From NCBI GenBank assembly GCA_963716395.1, contig OY970309.1, forward strand, positions 384,001 to 448,000: 64,000 bases of DNA. Reading direction: 5' to 3'. This DNA is from an uncultured Fibrobacteria bacterium (GTDB taxonomy: Bacteria; Fibrobacterota; Fibrobacteria; UBA11236). Position numbers and translations under genes: made by a program. This document shows, one piece after another, positions 46,096-57,467 of this stretch. Within the stretch, counting starts at the first letter, position 1. Each line of letters starts with the position of its first letter. Below the pieces are notes generated by a model. The model was given only the letters and a program-made list of their open reading frames with translations. It ran no database searches and had not been told where the DNA came from.

Positions 46096-47193
46096 ATGCA
46101 AGAAAGAGGAAATTGGAAGCTACGGGCCTTGGACCGTTATATGGGTATTCCACTGATCGTGCTGTTAGGATTGCTCAAAAGAAAACACCTTTCCCCGCCC
46201 CGAATTGTCCGATCGGTAGCCATTCTTGAAATCGCAGCCATCGGAGACACTTTATTACTGGCGTCCATCATTCACGATCTGAAATCGAATTTTCCAGGTG
46301 TCCGACTCGTTATTTTCGTCGCCGCTAACAACATTCAAGCGGGGCGGATGCTGGAAGAGGTGGATTCCTTAGTGCTTTTGAATATTAAAAACCCGTTGAC
46401 TTCCATCACTACAATTCGTGCACAAGGTCCTTTTGATCTCTGGTTTGATTTCGGTCAATGGCCGCGGATCAATTCGCTTCTAACTTATGGTTCCCTAGCG
46501 AATTTTAAAATCGGTTTCAAAACCGCGGGACAATTTCGCCATTTTATCTACGATTGCGCCGTCGAACATTCTCGACGTGTACATGAAATTGAAAACTATC
46601 GCAGTTTACTCAAATCTTTGAATTTAATCGTGAATAGTGAGCCTCGATTGAAGGTAAGTCCGAAACAAGAAACCAACACTGTTATCGTTCATATGTTTCC
46701 GGGAGGAAGCAAACCCTACCTTAAGGAGTGGCCTGAGAAAAACTGGAAAACTATCATCAATTTTATTACGGGACTTGGACTTCAAGTTTTTCTGACGGGG
46801 ATTTCTTCAGACAAATTCCGGGCAGAAGCGCTTCGGGCCCAATGTCAAGATTCAAACAGCGTCGTGGTTTTGGCTGGGAGCATGTCGCTCGAAGAATGCA
46901 GCGAATTGATACAAAGAGCGAAGTTGGTGATTAGCGTTAATACAGGTATCATGCATTTGGCCGCACTGCTGCAACGAAATCTCATCGCCTTGAATGGACC
47001 GACCTCTGCAAAGCGATGGGGACCGTTAAATCCAAATTCCATTGCAATTCAAAGCGATATCTCCTGCTCCCCGTGCTTGAATCTTGGGTTCGAATATGGT
47101 TGCAATCAAAATCTCTGCATGCAAAAAATCAGTTCGGAGACCGTAATTGAAGCGATCTCCAAATTTTTACCCACCAGCTGTCTGTCTCAATAA
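46096..47193 (+). CDS. GT9 glycosyltransferase
   Basis: AAIGDTLL, KEWP, SVNTGIMHLA, GPT, CSPC. Confidence 0.9.
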   Translation: MQERGNWKLRALDRYMGIPLIVLLGLLKRKHLSPPRIVRSVAILEIAAIGDTLLLASIIHDLKSNFPGVRLVIFVAANNIQAGRMLEEVDSLVLLNIKNPLTSITTIRAQGPFDLWFDFGQWPRINSLLTYGSLANFKIGFKTAGQFRHFIYDCAVEHSRRVHEIENYRSLLKSLNLIVNSEPRLKVSPKQETNTVIVHMFPGGSKPYLKEWPEKNWKTIINFITGLGLQVFLTGISSDKFRAEALRAQCQDSNSVVVLAGSMSLEECSELIQRAKLVISVNTGIMHLAALLQRNLIALNGPTSAKRWGPLNPNSIAIQSDISCSPCLNLGFEYGCNQNLCMQKISSETVIEAISKFLPTSCLSQ

Positions 47194-47219
47194 CTCTTGG
47201 AAAAGGATCGAAAACTATT

Positions 47220-48205
47220 GTGAATCGAAAAATTGCCGTCGTCACTGGGGGATCCGGTTTCATCGGAGGGTTTTTAATCCGCGATTTTCTGAGGCAATCC
47301 CAATTTGATTTCATTTATAACCTCGATCTTCACGAAAAGATTTTTGAGGACACGCGGGTAATATTTTGCCGGACGGATGTCCGGCAACCCATTGAGTGCC
47401 AATTGAATGAATTTGATAAATCCGAAAGCTGGATTTTCAACTTGGCGGCATTATGCCGGGAACCAGGATCGGAACCTCACGCCTACTTCGACACTAATGT
47501 AGGCGGCGCAGAATCGGTGACCGAGTTTGCCGAGAAAAACGGGTTTCGGAATATTTTTTTTACCAGTACGATGTCTTCATACGGAAGAATGGAAAAACCA
47601 ACGTCTGAGGCGACACGGCAATATCCCGAGACACCTTATGGAATTTCCAAGGCCATCGCCGAAAAAATCCATCAAATCTGGCTGGTAAAGGAGAAAGATA
47701 GGCGCCTAATCATTTGTCGCCCCAGTGTGATTTTTGGGCCGGGAGATATTGAAAATGTTCCGCGTTTGATTCGGAGTTATAAAAAAAAGATGTTTTGTTT
47801 TCCCTGGAAATCCGGATATTATTAAAAGGCTACGGATATGTCTATGGCATTGTTGAAAGCATTCAGTTCGTACTAAACATTTCGGACAATCGGATAATTT
47901 ACAATTATGCTGAACGGGACTGCGTGTCACTCCGCAAAATGGTTCAAACCATTCAGGTTTTTTTGGGAATAAAGGCTATAACATTTCGTATCCCTATGAG
48001 CCTTTTAGTATTTATTTCTTATTTACTATTATTAATTAGTGTAATTACCAGAAAACGATTTGCGATTCACCCGGTTCGCTTACGTAAGCTGACATTTCCT
48101 ACCAATCTTAAGCCACAGTATCTATTAGACAAGGGCTTTTATTTTAAATACCCGTTAGAAAAAGCTCTTATCCACTGGAGGAGCGTGGCGCCCGAGGATC
48201 TATGA
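47220..48205 (+). CDS. NAD-dependent epimerase/dehydratase (two +1 indels near 47778 and 47826)
   Basis: VTGGSGFIG, NLAA, YGISK, RPSVIFG. The corrected reading is IKKRCFVFPGNPDIIKGYGY. Confidence 0.85.
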
Positions 48206-49481
48206 TATCTTCTCCACCATGATAATCAATGTCATTACTTAAAAACTTAGCGATCATTAGAAAAAAAAACCATGGGTAGGCAAAATGAAATTGGACTCCG
48301 CAAATTTGTTGTAGAAGAGGAACAAAAAAAAGGAATTTCATTTGATTATGCTTTTTCGATACGGATCGATAAAAACAATAATAGGAACCCAATAAAACCG
48401 CTAATCCAATTAGCCCCCCTTCCAGAACCAAATCAATTATGCCTAAACCGGGAAGATCCCACCCCACCTTTGGGAACGAGCCACGGTATTTAGGGTTATT
48501 TCTTACCAACGAATAATTACCCAAACCCACACCTAAAAATGGTCTATCGATAAATATCTTTGGCGCTATAAACGTTGCCGCAACTCTGCCATATGCGACA
48601 CTGCCGTTGTTTGGATTAATTAAATACGATTCGTCAGCGATTTTTTCTAAAGTGTTATAATATCCTAAAAACCCGCCCAGAAACGATCGGTTTATATATA
48701 AAAAACCAAATAGTATACCTACACTAATTGTAGATACAAGGAGTATTTTTTTTAAACTCATAGATCTTATTGAATAAATACCCAAAAGCATGAAGGCACA
48801 AACCAAAGAAGCTTTAGACAGGGAAAGTATCAGAGCCGCCGAAAGGATCAGAATTTTATACCAAGCCATCTTTTCACCATAAAAACGCATCATTATTGCC
48901 AAGCTTATTGAGGTTATTAATGATAACCCATAAGGGCCACCTTCATTAAATAACCCCCTAGCACGTAATAATCCAATTGGCCTCCCTGACGACACCAAGT
49001 AATTCGCCGAATCATATACAAAAGGAGTCAGGGAGCCAGTAACTCTCCCAATCAAGTACGAGAAAATGGTGGCAATTGCGATCCAATAAGAGATGTCAAT
49101 ATATCGGAAAATCACCCATCGTGCAGCGCGCCTTTCTTTCAGTAGCAACCAGATATAATTAAAGGAAAAAAATATTAAACTAAATTGCATTAGCCGAGCT
49201 AAAGAAATTATTAATGGTCTTTTCAGAAACCCGATTCCGACAGGCGGAAAGAAATGTATTTGAAAGAAAATTCCACATGAAGACATTAAGAAATAAAGTA
49301 TCAATGGTAAAAAAAGGATCAGCGGATCTTTGGCCAATAAACCTTTAAACCTTAAAATCAAATAGGGCAGTAAAGCCATGGAAATGCCTTCAAATAGCTG
49401 AATATCAGAAACCCGAAGATTTGGAGTCTGTAAACTGAAAAGAATACCACAAATAATTAATCTGTCAAAAAAAAATGGCAT
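48168..49481 (-). CDS. O-antigen polymerase/ligase-like polytopic membrane protein (Wzy)
   Basis: About 10-11 TM segments; RARGLFNEGG; LSKAS; PFLGVGLGNY. Confidence 0.75.
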   Translation of the reverse strand: MPFFFDRLIICGILFSLQTPNLRVSDIQLFEGISMALLPYLILRFKGLLAKDPLILFLPLILYFLMSSCGIFFQIHFFPPVGIGFLKRPLIISLARLMQFSLIFFSFNYIWLLLKERRAARWVIFRYIDISYWIAIATIFSYLIGRVTGSLTPFVYDSANYLVSSGRPIGLLRARGLFNEGGPYGLSLITSISLAIMMRFYGEKMAWYKILILSAALILSLSKASLVCAFMLLGIYSIRSMSLKKILLVSTISVGILFGFLYINRSFLGGFLGYYNTLEKIADESYLINPNNGSVAYGRVAATFIAPKIFIDRPFLGVGLGNYSLVRNNPKYRGSFPKVGWDLPGLGIIDLVLEGGLIGLAVLLGSYYCFYRSVSKKHNQMKFLFFVPLLQQICGVQFHFAYPWFFFLMIAKFLSNDIDYHGGEDIIDPRAPRSSSG

Positions 49482-49942
49482 ATAAGAGCAACCGTTTCAT
49501 AAAAAAGTTGGACGAAAAGACTAGAATAATACCGGATTTATTGTCACTTATGTGTTTGAGTTTAATTATAACACGATTGGGTTCCCAATTCGAGGTTAAT
49601 ATCTCTCCACACTCGGCCGGTAAGACGTTCCCGATGGGTTGGGGAAACTTTCTATTCTTGAATAAATCTAGCCACTTAAAAATTGTGCATTCACCTCTTC
49701 AAATTTTCTTACCTAACAAGCCCTAAACGCCAATCCATAGGTAAGCTTTGATACTCGAACCCGAGAAGCGTTGAGGATCAGGCGACATGAAGCGGCGATA
49801 TTGAAGAAAATATCGCGCTGGAGCACGACACCCATTCCAGACCTTGCACCCGAGGCACTACACCAAATGCCATTTATAGCCGTACCTTAACTCAAATTTA
49901 GTATTTTTCAACGCAAGTTTTTAAATTTTAGAAAGGTAGTTT

Positions 49943-50925
49943 GTGTCAATAATTGCAAGAAATGAATCTCCGGGTATTTATGTAACCGAAATCATTGCTG
50001 TTTCATGGCGTCGGCGAAAATTAATATTTACCTGTATTTCTCTGTTTTTAATCGCGGGCATCTACTTAGCTCATAAAAGCAAGCCCGAATTTACCGCGAC
50101 TTCAAAGTTTATTTGCCAAGGGACGAGGCCTCGAACTGCCAATATAGGCGCATTAGCTTCTCTTGCCGGCATCCAGACTTCAATTAATAGTTCACCCGAT
50201 CCATCTTCTTACCTACCTGACATTGTCGATGACGATGAATTTTTAGAACAGCTTATTAAGAAAAATTGGATTTATCAACACGACACACTTCCCCTGGCAA
50301 AAATCTGGGGATTGCGGCCGGATACTACGTCGCCAAATTGGCATTACGTTTTTCTTAAGACGTGCGTTTCAGTTTTACAATCGCATGAACATATTGATCT
50401 ATCCTTAGAAAAAGAAAATGGGGTTTTTGTTTTAAAAACAAAATTCCGAAGATTCCTAACCTTGCATTTCAAATTAATGAATCAATTCTTCAACTGCTCA
50501 CCGATTATTTGAGCAACACTCTGCTCACTAAGGCAAAGGAGAAACGAATTTTTATTGAAGAACGTCTTAAGGAGATTGAAAACGAATTAAGGAACGATGA
50601 GGATCGCATAGTATTTTTTAAGCAAAATAATCGCGACATTTCTTCCCCAGCTTTATTAGTCGAATCCGAACGTTTAGAAAGGGCGGAACAGATAGATCAA
50701 GAACTATACTTGCAGTTAAAAAAAGAATATGAGATGGCCAAAATAGATGAACAAGATGATACGCCCCTACTCAGCATCATTTCAAAACCATCAATTCCAA
50801 TTGTTAAGGCCCCGAGTAAAAGCAAATATTATATACCCATCGGTTTGGTAACCGGTTTACTCGTTGGTGTTTTATGGGCAATTGGTCTTGGTTTTTATCG
50901 CAAAGAATTCACAAATGCTATCTAA
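49943..50925 (+). CDS. Wzz-like chain-length determinant (indels near 50447-50456)
   Basis: N-terminal TM + PEFTATSK, LASLAGI, coiled coil, ISKPSIP + C-terminal TM. Confidence 0.8.
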
Positions 50926-51030
50926 TTGAAGAGGCCCTAAACTAACTACTCTGCCATGATAAATAAACAACACGGGCATAGCACGTGGTTGTAGAGAGCC
51001 CCCTAATCATCCTGTTTTCAAATGCTGACT

Positions 51031-51930
51031 TTAGAATCCGACTTTTAGCTTGGATTTCATTTGCCGATAGACTAACTGGAGGCGATTGAGGATGGGGGTT
51101 TTCTTAATCCTAATTGATAGGAGGATTTTCATGATATCCAAGTGAAAAATAACCTTGAGGAATCCGGAATAAACCCCGTACTTACGGGCAATAGCCTCAA
51201 TCTCGTATTTGCCGACGTGCCAATCCATGTCGCTGGCGCCCCCTCCCCGCATCTCAACCCACTGCTCCCTAACATGCATGAAACGCACCCCACTCAGGAA
51301 AAACCGCAACACCAACTCGTAATCTCCGGAAATGCGATACCCTTCCGCGAAATCTCCCATTCGGCGGTACACATCCGACCTAACAAACATAGTGGGATGC
51401 CACACAGGCATCCTCCAGAACTTCGATTTGACAAGGCGTCTCGCAGAGCGGAGGTACCTGGAAGGGCGGTCCTCATACACCATACGGAGGTCCGCATAGA
51501 ACACTTCGACCTCGGGATATCGTGATGCCAGTTCTGCTACTCGCATTATGACCCCATCCAGATAGAAGTCATCGGCATTGAGGATCCCTACCCATCGGCC
51601 ACCTGCCATTCTGACACCCTTGTTCATGGCATCATAAATCCCATTGTCGCGTTCTGATACCCAACAGGAGATCCCGCTGCTTTCCCTGAGAATGTCGAAG
51701 GTTCCGTCCTGGGATCCCCCGTCGACGACAATGTATTCGAGGCTGGGATAACCCTGCGTCTGTACACTTTCGATGGTGCATACCAGGGTTTTCTTAGCGT
51801 TGTAGGTCGGGGTTACAACGCTAATCATGGGAATCTCGGTTTTAGCCGTAGTCTGAGAAACGCGCGTCTCATCCCCGATCTTTTTGTTCCTTATCAAACG
51901 GCCATATTCTTCCGGAATCGAAGCTGTCAT
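51031..51930 (-). CDS. GT2 glycosyltransferase (WcaE-like); start may be 51828
   Basis: ISVVTPTYN, VVDGGSQDGT, SERDNGIYDAMNKG, LNADD. Confidence 0.9.
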   Translation of the reverse strand: MTASIPEEYGRLIRNKKIGDETRVSQTTAKTEIPMISVVTPTYNAKKTLVCTIESVQTQGYPSLEYIVVDGGSQDGTFDILRESSGISCWVSERDNGIYDAMNKGVRMAGGRWVGILNADDFYLDGVIMRVAELASRYPEVEVFYADLRMVYEDRPSRYLRSARRLVKSKFWRMPVWHPTMFVRSDVYRRMGDFAEGYRISGDYELVLRFFLSGVRFMHVREQWVEMRGGGASDMDWHVGKYEIEAIARKYGVYSGFLKVIFHLDIMKILLSIRIKKTPILNRLQLVYRQMKSKLKVGF

Positions 51931-52329
51931 GAGAAATAGAAAAATAGATAAACCTCGCGAGGTACTTCGGGCTCACCTCCCGCCGATGCTGCGTACAAGC
52001 GCGCGCCAGTTTGCATGCACAGCAATGCCGATACCAGTTCGGAACCCAAGGGTTACCCTGCTCTTCGGCTGGTGGCCATAGTGAAGTCGAAAGAAACGAT
52101 ACCGACTTTACTCTCGTCATGTTTGCGGCAGACAGACCGAAGGGACCGCCGAATGTTGAGCAAGCCTTGTCATCTGTCGCTCAGGAAGAGGAACACGAAT
52201 GGAGCGGAGAAGGGGAGAGCGAAGACGTGAATTGGCCGGGGTGGCAACGATCGAAAATGAGGGTTTGATCTTGCCTATACACCGGCTATATTTCTAAAAT
52301 AAGTGCATTAGAATGGTGCGCTATAAATA

Positions 52330-52854
52330 ATTAATTTGTCTTGAAATGAATCGTACCAATAATGTTTTTCTTTTCAAAACAAGGTTTCCAGACCCCGAAA
52401 TGGATCGTGGTGTTAAGATTTTATTATTAACATGATCAATGATTTTACGCACAGAGTCCTGGCCACAAATCCTAAAGATAATCGCATTTTTATAGAGCAG
52501 CGAGTGAAGGAAATGGCGGTCAAGCTTCAAAATGATAAGAATGCCCTAGTTGAACTCAAAGCGAAAAAGAAGGAAGTGGCACCACCGAAGCTTATCATGA
52601 ATGAATCCAGAATACAATGAGAGCTTCACCTTAACGAGGAAGTCTACCTTTAACTGCGGAAAGATCTCGAAATGGCGAAGATTAAAGAAAGTAACGACCG
52701 TCCACTAATTGAGGTAATTTCCAAGCCGGTGATACCCGCCAAACGGAAACCGAACAAGAAAATTTTTATTCTCCCCTCTGGAATAGTCATAGGCCTAGTT
52801 ACGGATTTCTTGTTGGCATTTTTGCAGAGTTGGAGCAAAGGGATTCTTTCCTGA
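52330..52854 (+). pseudogene. Degenerate second wzz copy (3' half)
   Basis: KTRFPDP...RIFIEQRVKE...EMAKIKE...VISKPVIP parallels 50430-50925. In-frame TGA at 52618 and TAA at 52651. Confidence 0.75.
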
Positions 52855-52863
52855 AACCAAACA

Positions 52864-54048
52864 ATGATTCCTGCGACAGACCGGCTACCTTCCCCCCTTG
52901 TAGGCTCATATTTAGTTCAAAATCGAAGAAGCAATCGAATTTTAAAAACAATAGACGCGATTCTTCGGATTTTTTTTCGGCCCGGCGCGGCCGTTTCTCT
53001 TTCCCGAAATCCTAAGCGCCTTCTGCTCTGCAATGGCGCGCACCTTGGAGACGTTCTCATTTCCACTGCGTTGCTTCCGATACTACGCGAAAATTTTCCT
53101 GGTGCTGAAATCGCTTTTTTGGCGGGTTCCTGGGCCCGTTCTATTTTAGAAGGTAACCAGATTCTGAATCGCGTTCATGTAATGGATCATTGGTTTCACA
53201 ACCGCGTGGACAAGTCGGTAAAGACTCGTCTGGCTCGACATCTAAGAACTTCGATAATCGCACTTATGGAAATCCGGAAGGCCCGGTACGATGTAGCAAT
53301 TGACTTATACTACCACTTTGGAAATTCCATTCCGTTAATTTGGCGTGCCGGAATACCAGCACGAATCGGTTATGCTACTGGGGGCTTCGGGCCACTTTTG
53401 ACACACCGTGCAGAATGGCGATACGCAGACCGCCATGTCCTTGATTACCAGCTTGATCTGTTACGTATGCTCCCTATTGGTTTCGTAGAGTCATCCGGTT
53501 TGTGTTATTCCCTTCCGCAGTTCAATGGTGAAGTGATCAATTCTGGAAAGGTTGCTTCGAGACCTTACGTCGTTTTTCATATGGGGACCGGTTTGGCTCT
53601 CAAGGAATGGCCACCAGAAAATTGGAGAAGCCTTGCGGAGCACTTTGGGAAGAGCGATTTACCCATCGATTTCACCGGATTGGGCGCCCGCGAGGAGGCA
53701 TTAGCCGAAACGGTAGTTAGGAATTTAAAAGGTTGTCGGAATTTATGTAACAAGCTGGATTGGAGAGGTTTTGTAAGTGCAATCCGTGGTGCCAGCTTGG
53801 TTGTCTGCTCGGACTCCCTGGCCGCTCACATCGCTGCGGCTTTTGAGCGTCCTTCTATCGTATTTTCCACAGGAATCAACAACCCCAACCATTGGAGGCC
53901 GTTATCGAGTTATTCACAGGTTCTGGTAAATTCGGTTCCCTGCATGCCTTGTTTTTCCAAAAGTGGATGCGAGGGCATGGAGTGCATTCGGAAAATTACA
54001 GTAAGCGAAGTGTATATGCGGGCGTTAGCCATGTTGAACAGGGATTGA
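52864..54048 (+). CDS. GT9 glycosyltransferase
   Basis: HLGDVL, KEWP, SDSLAAHIAAA, CMPC. Confidence 0.88.
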   Translation: MIPATDRLPSPLVGSYLVQNRRSNRILKTIDAILRIFFRPGAAVSLSRNPKRLLLCNGAHLGDVLISTALLPILRENFPGAEIAFLAGSWARSILEGNQILNRVHVMDHWFHNRVDKSVKTRLARHLRTSIIALMEIRKARYDVAIDLYYHFGNSIPLIWRAGIPARIGYATGGFGPLLTHRAEWRYADRHVLDYQLDLLRMLPIGFVESSGLCYSLPQFNGEVINSGKVASRPYVVFHMGTGLALKEWPPENWRSLAEHFGKSDLPIDFTGLGAREEALAETVVRNLKGCRNLCNKLDWRGFVSAIRGASLVVCSDSLAAHIAAAFERPSIVFSTGINNPNHWRPLSSYSQVLVNSVPCMPCFSKSGCEGMECIRKITVSEVYMRALAMLNRD

Positions 54049-54163
54049 ACGGCGAATGGAAATCTTGATGATCGGCCATCACCCGTTTGGATCCGAAAAT
54101 AAGGAATGATACCACCAAGTATATTTTTGAACGCCTGCGGTTCCCGTCAGATATAGGAGGAGA

Positions 54164-55159
54164 TTAATAAAGTTCGGATTGGCTTTTGATGATCGGACCG
54201 CCTTTATATTTTGAACGCAGATAAAAGAAAACGTCCTTCGGGATCCTTGCCTTGACGATTTCCTTCAAACTCTTAATCGGCACGTCGATTTCCTTGCAAT
54301 AATGAAAGGTGGGATCGAAGGTATTAATCCAATTTTGTGTCTCGTTTAGTTCCGAAATATACGGCTTGTAGTAGTATTCAATCGCCTCTTTCGGAAGTTT
54401 ATAAGAAAGAGAAAGCATGTAGTCTTGACTGTAGAGTCTTGAAAACTGATGAAAATGGAAAAATATTGTCGGCATTCCATTCACTGTGACCAAGTCGTCT
54501 TTCCGGCCCAGCAAATATTGATTCACGTTCCACGGTGCGACTCCGGCGCCAAGATGTTCGATTGCCTTAACGCCTTTGAACTTATTCTCCCAGTGATCCA
54601 GGCAGAGCTGCCCCGGAAAGAATTCCGGTTTATTTCGGTCATAGCGATAGCACTCTTTTTTCCAATAATTCAAAACTTCGTGCGAAGCAGCGTCGTTCCG
54701 GAACAGGTTGAATTGTACGCAAAAACGTCCACTAATCAGTGTCTGATCGTATTTCCTGGAATATCGGTGCGGCACAAGCGTAACAGAGCCATTCCCCAAT
54801 TCCTGATACAGCGGATCGGCGCTTCCGAAAAACATTGAGTCCGCCTCCAGGTATGTGATCACATCCAAATGGTGGACATTCAACAAATGCAAGCAAATAA
54901 GCGGTTGACTTGTCCAGCAAAGCTGACCATGTGTCATTCTAGATTTGATTTTTGAAATTTCTGTTTGATCGAGCGCATCGAAGGCGATCGGCACCAGACT
55001 TTTGGAGGCGATTGTTTCGAGCAAAATTACGGATTCTGAATCCATGCACAAGCAATAAAGGCAGAAATCCTTTTCGTGCCTTTCGAGGGAGCGAAACAAA
55101 GTGAGAGCCTGCAACAGATAATTTTTGTCGAAAATGGTGCAGTAATTCTTGGTAGACAC
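54164..55159 (-). CDS. Putative glycosyltransferase (GT-A-like)
   Basis: GTG start; YCTIFDKNYL, YLEAD, PHRY, GVAPWN, FFHFH. Confidence 0.65.
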   Translation of the reverse strand: MSTKNYCTIFDKNYLLQALTLFRSLERHEKDFCLYCLCMDSESVILLETIASKSLVPIAFDALDQTEISKIKSRMTHGQLCWTSQPLICLHLLNVHHLDVITYLEADSMFFGSADPLYQELGNGSVTLVPHRYSRKYDQTLISGRFCVQFNLFRNDAASHEVLNYWKKECYRYDRNKPEFFPGQLCLDHWENKFKGVKAIEHLGAGVAPWNVNQYLLGRKDDLVTVNGMPTIFFHFHQFSRLYSQDYMLSLSYKLPKEAIEYYYKPYISELNETQNWINTFDPTFHYCKEIDVPIKSLKEIVKARIPKDVFFYLRSKYKGGPIIKSQSELY

Positions 55160-55193
55160 GTTAGTTGCTCCTCTGAACGCAATACGGAAGGAA

Positions 55194-56351
55194 CTATCCA
55201 AAGATTTTTTTGACCGCGCAAACCACACGATCCAGGTCATCCGCTGACAGCCTGGCTGAAATAGGTAGGCTGACGATTTGCCGCCCAACCCGCATCGCAT
55301 GTTCGAATTTTTCGGGCTTCCACCCCAGTTCTTTCTGATAGTAGGGATGCTCAGGAAGACTCAGGTAGTGAACGCCGACACCGATTCTCTCGGCAGTCAT
55401 TTTATCCAGGAATGAATCCCTAGATATGCCTGTTTTGGACTCGTCAATAAGAAGGGTGTACAAGTGGTAGGCGTGTTTATTTCCTGGGATTACGTCCGGA
55501 GGCAGTGTAATCGGGAGGTGCTTGAATTCAGAATTATACAATTCCCAAATCTCCTTCCGTCGCACCCAATACCGATCGATTTTTTCAAGTTGCTTGACTC
55601 CAATGGCAGCTTGAATGTCCATCATATTGTATTTGAAACCGCATTCAATGACTTGATAATGCTTAAAGCCGCTGTCGCTAAAGCGCTTCCAGGCATCTTT
55701 GCTCATACCGTGCAGGCCAAGAATTTTCAGGCGGTTTGCGCCTTCTTCGTCTTGGGTAACCACCATGCCACCTTCACCAGTCACGATATTTTTAGTGACA
55801 TAAAAACTAAAGCAACCAAAATCGCCGAAGGTTCCGCAATGCCGCCCCCTCCATGTCGATTCAATAGCATGCGCGCAATCTTCAATCACCTTGCAGTTGT
55901 GCTTCCGGGCCAAAGACATGATGACGTCCATATTGCATGGGTTTCCCGCGAAGTGGACGGGCAAAATGGCTTTAGTTTTGGAAGTAATTTTCGATTCGAT
56001 CTGCTTGGAATCAATGTTGAGGGTGACGGGGTCGATGTCCGCCAGCACCGGCCTAGCCCCTGCATGAATGATGGCATTAACTGTAGCGCAAAAGGTCAAT
56101 GGGGTGGTAATAACCTCGTCCCCCGGTTGAATGCCGGCGGAAAGAATGCTGAGATGAAGTGCCGCGGTGCAAGAATTTAGGGCTACAGCGAAAGTTGAGC
56201 CCACGTAATTTTTGAAATTTTCCTCAAACTGCTTCACCTTCGGACCAGTCCCCAACCAACCACTTTTCAGCGATTCCACGACGCTGTCAATCTCGTCCTG
56301 CTCGATTTTGGGCTGGCCGAAAACGATGAAAGGAAGCTTCGAAATGTCCAT
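55194..56351 (-). CDS. DegT/DnrJ/EryC1/StrS sugar aminotransferase
   Basis: NSCTAALH, PVHFAG, IEDCAHA, SFYVTKN..TGEGG, GFKYN. Confidence 0.93.
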   Translation of the reverse strand: MDISKLPFIVFGQPKIEQDEIDSVVESLKSGWLGTGPKVKQFEENFKNYVGSTFAVALNSCTAALHLSILSAGIQPGDEVITTPLTFCATVNAIIHAGARPVLADIDPVTLNIDSKQIESKITSKTKAILPVHFAGNPCNMDVIMSLARKHNCKVIEDCAHAIESTWRGRHCGTFGDFGCFSFYVTKNIVTGEGGMVVTQDEEGANRLKILGLHGMSKDAWKRFSDSGFKHYQVIECGFKYNMMDIQAAIGVKQLEKIDRYWVRRKEIWELYNSEFKHLPITLPPDVIPGNKHAYHLYTLLIDESKTGISRDSFLDKMTAERIGVGVHYLSLPEHPYYQKELGWKPEKFEHAMRVGRQIVSLPISARLSADDLDRVVCAVKKIFG

Positions 56352-56434
56352 ACAAATTCCTTGTACTTTCCCCATTTGATGAAACGATGATTTATTCTAT
56401 TTCCTTAAGAATTCCGCAGAAAGTTAGGAAAATA

Positions 56435-57373
56435 TTAAAGGCTGAAAATACTCTCTGCTCGTTTCCTAAGCATCCTGCGGATTCTGTTTTGAGCGCGCCG
56501 CCAAATCGGTTCGCGCAAAGAAAGAAAATATTTTCTTAGCGCCGCCCGTATTTCTTCGCTCTCAACCACCGGAATATCGGTTAACGGAACGGCTTCCGGG
56601 GATAGAAAGGTGTCGAAAACCGAGCTGGTATTGCTGTGCGTTCCAGAGCCATCTATGCCAATATTTTGGACCAGAGAGGTTTTGGGATAAAGCGTCATTT
56701 TTTTTTGCAAGAAAGCCGAGGCTTGCCAGCGGATGGCCCAAGAATCATTTCGTCCTTCCACTTGATCTTGAAGCATTTTGCAATACGGATAGCTGCCGAG
56801 AACATCGAACTCGTATTCCGCCTTTTGCTCGCGGATTTGCGCCAATAGTTTTTGCCCGTCGGGTTTGAATAAATTCCATCCCCTCTTCCAAGTTGCCCAT
56901 CCCCAGCAGTCGGCGCCTTTCAAGAAGTAATTATTTTCTGTTTCCTTTTTGAAGGGATAACGGTATCCATTGACACTAATAACCCGGTCGTCATTTTCAT
57001 AATAGTCCAGGGCATCATTCATAAATTTCAAAAAATAAGGAGAAGTGACCAGATCATCTTCGAGGATGATGAGCTTTTGATACGTGTCGATCAATTCGGT
57101 AACACCACTGATGATAGATTTAGCCAGGCCAAAATTATTTTCCCTGAAAACCAATTCGATGTTTTTAAATCCGATTACTTTTTTAATAACTTCCCTGGTT
57201 TTCAAAACCCGATCTATATCCGCCTCCCTTTTAGCGCCGTCGGAAAAGATGATCAATTCGCTTTGGGAGGCGAGTTTATTATCGCACAGCGCTTCCAGAA
57301 CTTTTTGGGTGTGAACGGGCCTGTTGTAGGTAAATAATGCGATCCGGGCAAGAGTAGAATTTTTATGAGGCAT
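56435..57373 (-). CDS. Glycosyltransferase (GT-A fold)
   Basis: FTYNRP, FSDG, IILEDD, CWGWATW, NIGIDGSG. Confidence 0.85.
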   Translation of the reverse strand: MPHKNSTLARIALFTYNRPVHTQKVLEALCDNKLASQSELIIFSDGAKREADIDRVLKTREVIKKVIGFKNIELVFRENNFGLAKSIISGVTELIDTYQKLIILEDDLVTSPYFLKFMNDALDYYENDDRVISVNGYRYPFKKETENNYFLKGADCWGWATWKRGWNLFKPDGQKLLAQIREQKAEYEFDVLGSYPYCKMLQDQVEGRNDSWAIRWQASAFLQKKMTLYPKTSLVQNIGIDGSGTHSNTSSVFDTFLSPEAVPLTDIPVVESEEIRAALRKYFLSLREPIWRRAQNRIRRMLRKRAESIFSL

Positions 57374-57467
57374 ATCAAAGAATTAGGCAATCGGTGTAAA
57401 TTATTCGCCTAGAAATTATGGGAAAAAAGGTACGATTTCAAATATTCGTTTCATAATCCGGTCAACG

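Noticed and set aside
47770-47830. Phase variation at the A8 tract of the epimerase
   Set aside because: Restoring the frame needs two separate single-base removals, one outside the tract. Similar indels in astA, gmd and wzz point to sequencing error.
49700-49870. GC-richer intergenic patches (also 51950-52270 and 62350-62900) as possible transposase relics
   Set aside because: Only faint resemblance. They cannot be assigned without tBLASTn against ISfinder.
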